The position numbers were made by a program, and so were the translations under genes. Below the pieces are notes generated by a model. It searched no databases. It saw only the letters and a list, made by a program, of their open reading frames with translations, and was not told the DNA's origin. Below are positions 46,396 through 58,088 of a stretch of DNA of 64,000 bases, piece by piece (the stretch's first letter is position 1; each line of letters opens with the position of its first letter). The stretch comes from Utricularia gibba (Eukaryota > Plantae > Magnoliophyta): assembly GCA_002189035.1 (NCBI GenBank), contig NEEC01000008.1, positions 806,001-870,000 of the forward strand. The letters run 5' to 3'.

Positions 46396-48861
46396 TTAAG
46401 CCTTGCTCCACTGAGTTCCCATGCCGGAACTGGAGTCTGCTTCTTCCATTGCAGTTTCTGCAACCTCATCATCCGCCTCTTGATGATAAAACGAGCCGGC
46501 GGTATCCGTCGAAAGCAGCGCCCATTTCGCCTTCAAGACCGCCGGAGAGCCCTGCCTTGCTCTCTCCACAATCTGCTGTATCAGCAGCCTCTCCATCTCA
46601 TCGTCGCCATTCTCACTATCATTCCAGCTTATACAGTCATCTGTCAAAACAATGTGCTGCTCGGGATGAGCATTTATGCCATCAAGCTTCTCCAAACCAA
46701 CTTGCTGCTTTTCTTGAGCAGACATGGCTTCATGGTTGCCCCTTTCTTCTTTATCAGATTCTGAAAAATGTGTTGGAATATCCTCGTAGTACGGTGCAGG
46801 AGCTTCTCCAGGTAGGTGGATGACTACAGACTGCTCTATGGATTGCAGTCCTTCAGGGCTGGATGATGGGCTTACAGTTTGGTAGTCAGGCGCCTTCAAT
46901 GAATCAGGCAGCATGTACTCAGACTCCTGGCCCTTCATCATATTCCCGAGAGCCGTTTCCAGTTGCTTGATTCGGTCTTCAAGTCTTGATTGGATAACTT
47001 CATGCAGCTTCACACTTAGCAATCTGGGGCATACAGGATACTGACTGCAGCCCGGGGTAGGCACGCCGCTTCGGTACCTCTCGGGATAACACGGACTGTC
47101 AGCTCTTCTACTGAAACATTCAGATTTCAGTTCGCCCTGAGCAATATCCGGAAGGGAACCAGGACTCAACTGCAATTCAGTTGCTCCATCAAATACATTT
47201 TAAAAGGAAGGCATGAGTGAAGATGATCATTTAAAAACAGAAGCTTAGATTCCAGTTGCTGAAGATGTTAAACAGTACTTTAACCTTACCTCGCCACTGT
47301 CAGTCAGATTGTTTTCCAGCTGAAACAAATTCACATTCGACTGCAACCTGTCCCATTCAGCCTGAAGCTCTGCTTCAATTTTTTTGAATGATTCCTCTTC
47401 TTCACCCTGATGACATTCCTCTTCACCGAGTATACTTGGAAAATTATCTTGAATACAAACATTGCTGGAATCTAGCAATTGATTGTTCTCTGTAGCCAGT
47501 TCCCTCACTGTTAAAGAATCTTTCATCTCAAGTTCATCATGCAGATCTTGAACAAGGTTCTGTGTGTGCCTCAGGGACTTCCTCAGCTTCTCCATTTCCC
47601 AAAGACTTACAGAAGAAGTGCATATAACACCAAGTGTGAAACCCAGATACAAAAGGACAAGCTCATTTGAAGATCCTGCAGAAAGAGAGACTGGAAAAAA
47701 TGCCATGATGTCAATACACAAGAAAACTACACATACACAAATTGTAGTGAAATCTAAGTCGCGCTATACGCCAATATCAAAATCATAAACTTAAACTTGG
47801 CACATTGATGCTGATATTGATACATGCCAAAATTCATGAGGTTGGCATCCGTTGTCTGAAAAAGACACACAGTTTCATTCATGTCATATAATCTGCATGA
47901 ATTCCAATAAAATGTACCAAAGTGAGTTTTAACCTGAGTCACTGCACCATTACAAATTGACATAGCTTTCTCAAATGCAAAACACTAAGGCTGATGGAAT
48001 ACTAGAAAAGAACCGTACACCACCTTCTGCTTTTTCTAGATCACCAGGAACCAATTCACTTGCATTGCTCCTCGCCAATACTTGATTCCTTTTGTTTCTA
48101 GTTGCAAAAAGTGATTTCTTTAGCGCAACATCAGGAAGTTTCGGGATTCCAAGAGCAATTTTGGTTGGATTCATGAAAATTTTGTCAAGCATATTGTTGC
48201 TTCCAGAACCTGAAGTCTCACAACACCATCCAGAATGTGGACGGCTCAATATTCTGCATCCACTAACAGGTGAAGCATGCACAAATGCACACCATGCTGC
48301 ATGTGCAGAGCAAGCATTCTCGTCGATTCTAGGGTCAGTATTCCACAACTGAGACAAGATTTCTAGAGATGTTTGAGGGTTTACATATTCACGATTGACT
48401 CCTTTGCATCTTAGGCTGCATTTAACTTGTTTAGAACCAAATAAATACCCGATTTCAATGATCGAAGGATGGCATGATGACCCACTAGGCACCATCACTT
48501 CATCAGCATCCTGAAGTATACCCTTGGAGAATACAATGTCATTTTCCAATCCATGTGGAGAGTCAGAATCACAAACCTCATCCAATGTTGCCGTATCTTC
48601 CCCTCCATTTCCACTAACGGAGGCTCTTTCTTCAGCAGAAGAATCATCAGAATGTAGTTCCTTGTATCTCTTCATTCTTTCTTTTTGAAATTGACTGTCC
48701 TTGTCAAATGCCTTCTGTATAAATGCTGGAGACTCAGCTCGACCAGACTTAAGAACGTCATACGAAAAGTTCGGCCAATTACGATTACCAATATTCAAAT
48801 GCCTCAGTTGCTGAGCCACGTATCCTGCACCAGCAGCTGCAGCAAAGATCCAAACATCCAT
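46396..48861 (-). CDS. Uncharacterised coiled-coil protein of the POLAR-like family (three exons)
   Basis: MDVWIFAAAAGAGYVAQ N-terminus, LLYLGFTLG..EMEKL..QNLVQDLHDELEMKDSLTVREL, KIEAELQAE.DRL, LSVKLHEVIQSRLEDRIKQLETAL; family assignment from recalled motifs. Confidence 0.7.
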
Positions 48862-50443
48862 TCCCAATTCTAGTCCCAAAATAACCCCTTTACCCAGCTC
48901 ACAAAACTATTGCCCCTACGAAATTTCATAAAACCAGCAAAAACGGTACGCAAAAATTCCTTCTCCGCCCGCAATATATTCAAATTTATTGTCTTCACCG
49001 CAAGAGACACAAAAAAGCGACACCCCCTCCTACGGCGTGAATTGCAATGAAAGACCAGTACCGAAATGCATCGCCGATGAAATCCTCATCCTTTGACTTC
49101 ACATGCTAATCTCAGAAAAAGCAACCTCACGCAAAACCAAACAGAGAACCCACTTCCGCAAGCAAACGGAGCAAAACCAGCATCCGGAAAGACCTACGAC
49201 CAGTTCCGCCTCTCCGACATTTCGAAATTTCAGACCGTGCCCAACGGAAACACGTAAGCCGCAAGACACCTACAACGAGAAGCTCTCAAAACGAACTAAA
49301 CCGAGGTCGAAGCCCATCGCAACGGAGGCGGGGAAGCTGCGAGTGCGTGGTGAAGGTTCAATTTTTTGAGGTGCGAGCTCAACAACAACTAGATTTTTGT
49401 TTTGCAAAACGCAGATACCACCAGATAGTACAAAATACTAAGGCCCTTCTCTTCTCTTCGGAATTTAATTATATTTAATTTCCCCATTATCAAAATAATA
49501 ACAACAACAATAATAATAATTCTAATAATGCCATTCGGATTCATGGATATATGAATTTGAATTTTAAAATAACCTCAACTATTATTTTAATAATTAAAAA
49601 ATATATATTATTTATTTATTTACATATTCAAAAATATGCCTAACATTAAAATTTAAACTCTAATATATAATTTAATCTACTAAATTATAAGAATAATTTT
49701 TTTATTATTCTATAAAATTATTTTATAATTTTCAAATTAATTATATTTTACATAATATGAAACACACATTAATAAAAACATGGAACATGGCCCAACTATT
49801 TTACATTCTATGAAATCAACATACAAAATGAAAATGAGTTATTGAGATCTCTTATTTTGGGTTCATATTTATTCAGATAACTTCACGCTTGTTTGTTTGT
49901 CATATCCCATGAAAGCTGCATCCCTCTTAAGTGACGCATCTGTGATTAGTTCATCATGAAAGCGAAATACAAGGGAGGGGAGAAGCCTCATGCTCTGCAC
50001 AGACGCAGAAGCCTCAGACCAGCCACCAGGTAGTAAATCCTCTCACTTGCCTTGTGTTTCTGAAAGCTCCACAGCATTAAGAATTGCTGCTGCATCTTCA
50101 GGGATGTAGAGAGGGAAATCATTTCCTTTTCTTTTGTCACTTGCTTTCCCTTTACATGCACGCGTTACTTGCCAACAGATGCAGATAGAAGAATCACAGG
50201 CTTTTTCTCACACCACATCTCCCCTTCTTTTCTTGACAGAGACCCCATGAGCAGCAGCTTCCTCTCACAGATGCCAGCCTTCCTCATGGAACTGGAATGA
50301 ACTCATCTCGCCAACAAAATGGAAAGCTCCTTTCAGCATTCTTATAACACGTACTCTGTGAATGACTTGTCCCTGTCAGGCTTTGGCTTCAGATGTATAC
50401 TAGAAAATAAATAGGCAGATGAGTAGAATGCAGCAAGGACCTG

Positions 50444-50749
50444 TTAGTTATGCAGGGGATTAGGCCCTCCGGGGACTAGTCGCTCCTCGACATCATACCG
50501 AGGGTGGACATCATTGTATCTTCTGCTCTCAGGGGGATGCTGTGGGGGCGGATGGAGGAGTCCCCCTGCTTGAAAAAGAAACCACTGCTTGGTTGGAACA
50601 CCAGGACGTTGGCTGAGATGCCTGTACGGGGGATAGAAAGTTTCTTCTTTGAGTGAACTTCCGGTGATTGATCCTGCCATGAGGATTATCAGAATGGCTG
50701 CAGAAATCCAACAGCCCGTGGTGGCGGAGGGTGATGAGAAGCTGGCCAT
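50444..50749 (-). CDS. CLE peptide precursor, CLE9/10-like
   Basis: Signal peptide (ISAAILIILMAGSITG) and C-terminal HPRYDVEE-RLVPGGPNPLHN-stop; further in-frame ATG at 50833. Confidence 0.9.
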   Translation of the reverse strand: MASFSSPSATTGCWISAAILIILMAGSITGSSLKEETFYPPYRHLSQRPGVPTKQWFLFQAGGLLHPPPQHPPESRRYNDVHPRYDVEERLVPGGPNPLHN

Positions 50750-51224
50750 GATGTTAGAGAAAGCAAGAAGCTCAGGAGCACAGAAATCTGATACATGAAG
50801 AGAAGAGCATGCCAATAAAGATGATGAACGCATTGCCTGCCTCTCTATGGGTATTTAAAACAGAAGCAAGAGATCCATGAACATTGTACTCATCTCCATA
50901 AATGCGCCAGCTGGTAATAAATGAGGACTTGTGCTTTTTGAGCCTATTCTAGTAGATAAACTGACAAGGTTAAATCTACATAATCACAAACCTGATAGAC
51001 AGGTTTAAGTGTTATTGTATCTGAGTCAATATCCGTTTATCAGAATTCAAAGTCATAGTGTACGTGCAGCAAAGACATGACAAGTTTGATTAGTAGCAGA
51101 GGCTCAATATGCCAACAGCTACAGGTACCCACCAAATGGGATGCTATGAGGAGAAAAGTTTGGTAAAACATCTCTGGAGCAAACACATAATCCAGAGTGA
51201 GGCAACTACATGAACCAAGGGTAT

Positions 51225-52460
51225 CTATCTTCCAAGCAAGCGGCGGGTACGCTGATTGGCAGCTTTCACGCGGGTATTTAGTGACTCCACATCATTATGG
51301 ACATCATCCATTGCTTTGTTTTGGCTGTGTTGTTAGAAAGAAATGATGCAGAGAATCAGAAAAAGAATGCTTCCGAGAATCAAGAGGTAAAAAAACGTGA
51401 TTGCATAAGGTTCAAAGAAATACCTCCCAATTTCTGATCCCATATCAATAGCCATTTCCTTCAGCTCCCTAGAATATTACTCAAGTCATTGAGGGCGTCA
51501 TCTTGTTTTGCCTTCTCCACCTGTCGAAGAAAAAAAAGGAAAATGCAGTCATAAATGTTGTTGATTTCAACTGAACTACATACTATACATAATAAAGATC
51601 ATAAACTTACCTCAACTTTCTGCAACGCATTTGTAGGTTCAGGAGGGTGTTTAGATGCATGTGGTCGTGACTCTCTTGATGTGGAAGTAAGTCCCAATCT
51701 CTCTTTCTGTTCCAAATGATTACCCTTTCTATGTACTGGATCATCTGTACAACCGCCAGAGTATAAGCTAGACATGACAATTGCATGGGAAATTTAAGCA
51801 CGGAATGTCAAAGATGCTACAAGGAAGAGTACCTCGAATAATTATGGGGCCTGCTATTGGTGGGAACTTGACCGGCTTCCATTTCTTGGAAAAGATACCC
51901 CCAAGACTTCCAAGCAGCTTCTCACCCTGAAGTATTAAAAACAATTAGCCTTGGATCCTCGATGCAAAATGGAGACCGAAGTAACTGTTTATCCTTACTC
52001 TACTAAGATCATGGTCCATGTCTGCCGCAATCATGTGTGTTTTGTTAAGTTGCTCCCCTTGTTGATGCAAAGTTACCAAAGTTTTAGTAGCATCTTCTCT
52101 TATGTCCTCAGCTATCTTGAGACAAGTCTTCACACTCTTTGTGGTTTCTTCAGCTTTATATGCAGCATAATTTTCCAACTCCTGAACCGTTTGCTTCTCC
52201 AGCCCCCCAGAGTCACGAAAATCATTCTTGTATCTGTTTTTCGCTGCTGAAAATAGGTGGCTCTCTGCTGATGGTGTATCAATGTCATCAAAAGGGCTTG
52301 AACTTGAATCTAGTTGAAACATCGAAGTTCCAGATAATTTCTTTCCGGATTTCTCCGGCTCTTGCTTGCTATCCAACTCATCATCGGAATCGAAAGGGTT
52401 ATTTTTCAAATTAAGCACAGGCTTAGAAAACTTCAAAGGAAACTTCTTCAGCATAGACAT
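51225..52460 (-). CDS. SNAP33: SNAP25-type Qb+c SNARE; one apparent 1-nt frameshift at about 51468
   Basis: NPFDSDDE, YKNDFRDSGGLEKQTVQELENYA.YKAEETT, GEKLLGSLGGIFSKKWKP, VEKAKQDDALNDLSNILG[E]LKEMAIDMGSEI, VKAANQRTRRLLGR; spliced 5' leader extends to about 53000. Confidence 0.92.
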
Positions 52461-53147
52461 TCTCACTCCCAATCAGCGGTCAGCAATAAGATGCTCTATG
52501 CTTCTTGGAGACACACCACCCGTAGAAGGAATCACACAGGTTGTGAATACTACGGCCTGAAGAAAAGGAAGGGAACACACACACACACACAAAATGCATT
52601 AGATTCACGAATTAGGAAATCGGCATGAAAAGGCACGCGAAATTTCAAGTACCACGTAGACTAAACCAACTTTACCCTAACAACAACAGATTCAATCAAG
52701 AAAAGTGGAGGAAGGGGAACGAGTGAAATCGAAAAACATTATGAAGTTGGCCTCGGTGTGTGCCAAAGAACAAGCGGAATCAAAAGCGATAGACAGAAAA
52801 CGTTACCTGGTATCACATAAAAAGCAAGTAAGAAGGAAAGGTTCAAACCTGGATGATGTTCGTCGTCTCCCTCCGCTCCTTTATTACCAAGAACTCAGGC
52901 TTGATTCAGAAACACCCCCTCGTTTTTCCTTCCAGAGAAAACCCACAGCAAACACGAATTCAACGCGGCAAGTTGAAAAACTAAGCAAAAAACCTTGCGT
53001 ACTGCTTGAACCCTTCAACACTTCGGTATACTTTCTCCGCTTCTTCCAGGGCACATTTTCTAGACTCCTACTTGTGTATCAGAGTCAAAGGTGACCGTTA
53101 CATCATCTTCCACGAATCTCCATTAAACTGTTCTGAAACTCCCCTGA

Positions 53148-53186
53148 TGGGCCCGGTCTGGAGCTCATGAATCTTGGGCCTGGGCC
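53148..53186. promoter_or_regulatory. Cluster of three site II TGGGCC elements in the divergent SNAP33/VIP4 intergenic region
   Basis: TGGGCC at 53148, 53175, 53181. Confidence 0.5.
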
Positions 53187-53547
53187 GTACACATTGATTT
53201 TGATGAATATATAATTTTTTTAAAATTTAATTAAAATTCATTTAAATAATCACAATAATTTATAAAACACATCATCATAAATAAAAACTTATTTCGAATT
53301 TATTTAAATACAAATAATTTAACTTATATTAATTTTTCCAGAAGGGCCTAATTGAAAATGATAAGTTTTCATGGGGTGAAAGTGGGATTAAATAAGATTG
53401 GAGCGCCTTCGAATCGATTCAGTTGCGCGCAGAAACCCCAGGTCTGACATTACGCAAAACGGGTGTAAGGCAGCGAGTACATTCGTTAATTGCTCTGCTT
53501 GGCAGCACGGACGATCTCCTCCTTCGGAGTACCTGCGAGACGAGAAA

Positions 53548-56500
53548 ATGGTCGCTGAGGAGAAACGGCATCAAATGATGCAGAATTTGTTCGGCGACCA
53601 GTCGGAGGAGGAGGAGGACGAGCCGGAGGAGGTTGAATCGGAGCACGAATCAAATCGCCAGCCTGATTACGCATCTGTAGGGCTGATACTGTTTCCTCCG
53701 CTTTAGTATAATTATTTTTTTGGTGTTTCGAGTTTAGTTTAAGATGGAGAATGTTTTTGTCAGTTCTCTGGCGATGAAACTGTTTTTCAATGTTTGATGA
53801 AGTTGATAAAAGAATAATCAAACCTTTAATTTTTCTCAGGACTGATAGTTTTCTGAAGATCATTTTACTCTACTGCTAAAAACTTTGTCTTGAATTTGAA
53901 TCGGAACTGAGGAGTTTTGAAAGGAATAACTCTGTTGACATCAGATCTTACCTCGCCTTTCTTATAGGGCTGCTATCATTCAAGTCCGACTATAGTCCTT
54001 GTACTGCTGGTTACTTTTGCTGTAATGTTTGTTTACAGGATGACGGGGATGGCGTTATGGGACCTGAGAGTCAAGATGAAATTGAAGGCCACAGAGAGGA
54101 TGATGTTGATAGAAAGGATGAAAATCCGGATACATTACATGTTGACAGCGAGGGTGAGAGAGATAAAAGTTCTCAGGAAGTTACAATACCTAATCAAAGG
54201 GATGAGAGTGAAGAAAGATATTCAGAGAGTGGTGAAAGGCAGGAATATGGGCACCGGAATATATCAAGTAGAAGGCAAGCGGCAATTGAAAGTGGTTCAG
54301 AAGTGTCTGGAGACAGTCATTATGTTGTTGATGAAGACGATGAAGTAAATCAGGGTCAGAGTACAAGGTATCTTTCCTATCCGTGCATTACTATAATAGC
54401 TCTTATTACCGTTTATTGAATGATGTCCCTAGGGGAATCTTTTCAGGAGTATTTACAGAATTTTTAATTGCTTTTTTTTGCATATGTGCCAGTTAGTTGG
54501 AGCTTTATGGCGATTGTGTTCCTACTTTCAATATGTTAAACTTCATTTGTCTCTATGTTTTGTTGTCTCCGCAGAGTACGTGATGAGAAAGAAGAAGACC
54601 AATTTTTGCGCTCAGCTACAGAAATCCGTGATGTATTTGGAGAATCTGACGATGAAGAACCAGTTGAATATGGCATTCGCAATAAAATGTTGGATGAAGA
54701 AAATGTGAGCTATTATGCATGAGATTAACCATTCAGAAATAGAGATCGCCTTCTTGCTTTCTGTAAAATTAGGATAAAAATGATGTAGTTATTATTTAAC
54801 TGCAGCAATCTCCAACTGGAGAAGAGGAGAATTATGTAACAGAGTTAAGGCCAGAAGATATGGTGCATGATGAAGATATGCCATACGACTCTGAAGAGGA
54901 GCCTCTTGAGACCAAACTGAAGGAAAAGCCGGTTGGTCCCCCACTTGAGTTAGAAATTCCCCTCTGCCCTCCCCCAGCTCCATCTAGTAAGGTATATCTC
55001 TGTTTCCTTTCCTATCAAGTGGTGATTTTTATTCCCTTTGATCCTCGTCTGATGATGCTGTTCTTTGGTCCCTGCAAAAAACTAGATATTTGATCATTTT
55101 ATGCATGTGAATTTTTTCCACTAGAGAATGTTATAATGAAGTTTTATGAAATTTCCTATTAGAAGATCTGATATATCCCACAGGATTTTGAGTCAAATCA
55201 GTCCTTTGGGAATGCTTACAGTTTGTCTGTCATTTGATGCTTTCATGCCGAAGAGGCGATGGATGACAGAGAAATGGATTTGTTTGTAATACAATTGCTG
55301 CTGAATTTATCCATATTCAAAGCTTTTGTCCTTAACTTTCTAATACTTGATCGATATTTTATATGTTTGGTTTGTCACTATTCCTTTGGTGATTTTTTGT
55401 TTCAGATGAATATGATTAAGGTTTCTAATATAATGGGTGTAGACCCCAGACCTTTCGATGCACATGCATATGTCGAAGAGGATTTTTATGTAACTGATGA
55501 ATCTGGATTAAAGAAAAGGATACGCCTGGAGAATAATGTTGTCCGTTGGAGGAAGATAAAAAAATCCAATGGCACAACTGCAGTAAGTCAATTTGTGATA
55601 TGTGTTGAAATGGACAGCTGTATACTGGGTTTTTTGAAATGTTGTTCTGGTTTTCATTTGTGTAGTTTGAGAGCAATGCCCGCTTTGTGGAATGGTCAGA
55701 TGGTAGCCTTCAGCTGCTTATTGGAAATGAAGTGCTCGACATATGCAAACAGGATGCTCAAAATGAGCGAACGCATCTTTTCCTTAGACATGGAAAGGCA
55801 AGAGTTTTTGCACTGAAATTCAGTGGACGTTGAATTCCAGATACATTATATAGAGGTTTTTTGGATGGCGAATCCCTGGTTTAGAATTTTTTTTATTTTC
55901 TTAACCTTTTACAGGGAATTCTCCAATCCCAGGGGCAAATTCTGTCAAAGATGAGATTTATGCCTTCGTCATTAGCTTCTAACTCTCATCGCTTATTGAC
56001 TGCTCTCGTCGATTCACGGCACAAAAAGGTGTATAAAGTGAAGAACTGCATCACTGATATTGATCCTGAGAAGGAGAAGGAGCAGCAGGAGAAGGTTAGT
56101 CTGTCATTGATGCATTTACCTGGCTTACTTTTTCCACAGGGATGGATCAGTAAATGAATTCATGGTTAAGAAATAGACTTTTAACCTTATAGACTACCTG
56201 ACTTCGTAGGCTGTCAGCCAGACAATTAAGGCTAATGAACTTCTTAGCCGCAAGAAGGAGAAGGTCAACCGGAAGTATACACAACCCTTCCGCCGGGAGC
56301 GTCAACTTTCTCCTGGCTTCTTAGAGGATGCCCTTGAAGAGGTCAGCATTCTCCCCAGGCCCTACCGTCCATGCTATTTTTATCACTGTTAACCATGATT
56401 CGTACTCTCATGTTTACTGCAACCAGGAAGATGATCAAGATTATTATGAGCCACGGCGCTCTGCCGTTCGCCGGCGTTTCGAGGATGACCTTGAGCAGGA

Positions 56501-57055
56501 GGCTCGAGCTGAGAAGCGAATAATAAGCGCCAAGAAAGTATGTATCACATGGAATGAGCACCAAGAAATCTGCTACATATTTGCGTGTTGAATGCAATGT
56601 ATCAACCAGCTTGCCTCGGTTTCCTCCCCAGGGTTCAAAAAACATCCCTCGGAAGCCTGCTTTGCCTGTTTCCAAGTCATTTCGACGCCCTGGTGACTTC
56701 TCAGAAAGTGAGAAGGAAGAGTCCGAATACGAAACCGAAGAGGAGGATGAGGAGGGTTCACCAGTCCGTGGGGCCAACGAAGAAGAGCTTGAGGAAGGCG
56801 AGGAAGAGGAATACGTTGATTCCGAAGAGGAGGCTGAGGTTAGAAATCTGAAATCAAACGGTTTTTCGTTCTAGCATCTTGGTGGCTAGTTTAGCTAATC
56901 CCTTACACCGCTTCCAGGAGCCGAAACGCAAATCCAGGAGTTCGGGAAACAAGAGGAAGGGGGGAGCAGCAGAGGGATCGGATGCCGAGTCTCCTAGAAA
57001 ATCCAGCAGCCGGAGACGAATGAAGATGATCTATGACAGCGATGATGATGAATGA
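53548..57055 (+). CDS. VIP4: LEO1 homolog (PAF1 complex), multi-exon
   Basis: MVAEEKRHQMMQNLFGDQSEEE, EKPVGPPLELEIP, NMIKVSNIMGVDPRPFD, ESNARFVEWSDGSLQLLIGNEVLD, MRFMPSSLASNSHRLLTALVDSRHKK. Confidence 0.96.
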
Positions 57056-57196
57056 AACAGAGGTGCGTTGCGTTCATCCTCGCAAAATGTCATTTCTTTC
57101 CTCCACGCTTTTTACTGTGTGTTTATATCCTTCCTACCGGAGTTGATGCTTTTTCTATGTCTTGATCCTCAATGGGAAAAGTGTATCAATGGTCCC

Positions 57197-57224
57197 TATT
57201 ATTATTATTATTATTATTATTATT
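57197..57224. repeat. (TAT)n microsatellite, about 9 units, downstream of VIP4
   Basis: Direct reading of tattattatt... Confidence 0.9.
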
Positions 57225-58088
57225 TAGTTTTCATTATTTCCCGATCAGACATAACATCACTGTTTTCTAGAAATATTATATTTTTTAGTCTCCCCAATTT
57301 GATTTCTTACTGTTTATCGAAATAAATGATATCCATTGTGATCGTTCATTGTTTGTCGATTTTGCATTTTTAGAGGGAACCAACTATGTTTCCGTTTTCA
57401 AACAGTAACGACGAAAAGTGACATCACAAAATGTGGGGATTGATCCACCCCAAATGTTGGAGATTATTGAAATTCAATTTTGATTGTTTAAAAAATATCA
57501 TAAATTTAAAAATGCATTTTATTTTGAAAAGCCTAATTTTTTTTTCAAAAAATAAATTTCGAGATGCACAACAAGGCGATACGTCTAAATAATAGGGACT
57601 ATTGCGACGAATATGCACACCATTTTTTCATTATAAAATTCGATTATCTCAAAGCATTTTTTGGGAGGAAAAAATGAATATTGATTAATATAAATGGAGA
57701 CTCTCTTACAATTTCCGATGTTAAAGCATTTTTGAATTTTCGAAAAATTTTGAATTTCGTTTTTTTTTTTGTCAAAATAAAATATGAATAAAGTTCTTTG
57801 TAGGAGATACAAACAAAATTCGAAGTTTTTTGTTTTTTTAACACTCGGTAAAACCCAAGCAGCTCTTCAACTTCCAGAGCACCTAGCAGCAAGAGCAGTC
57901 TTCACGGTTAAACGAGTTTCAGGGGTTACTTCGTTGCTACCGGCATTAGCATCTTCAATAAAGCTTGCTTCTTCCTCGGGAATCTTCGCTTCTCGCTTTC
58001 ATATTCACCGCCACACTGCGGGATTCTGGGAGACGTGAACTTCTTGTGCTGATGGCTGGAAGACGAGCCGGCGTCAAAATATAGCCAA

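Noticed and set aside
49850-50400. Possible miRNA precursor or extra gene downstream of the CLE gene
   Set aside because: No full match to conserved plant miRNAs I recall, no clear long hairpin, and only short unrecognised ORFs.
50750-50833. N-terminal extension of the CLE precursor from ATG 50833
   Set aside because: A TATA-like motif lies only about 20 nt upstream, so this ATG is probably at or before the TSS; the signal peptide follows ATG 50749.
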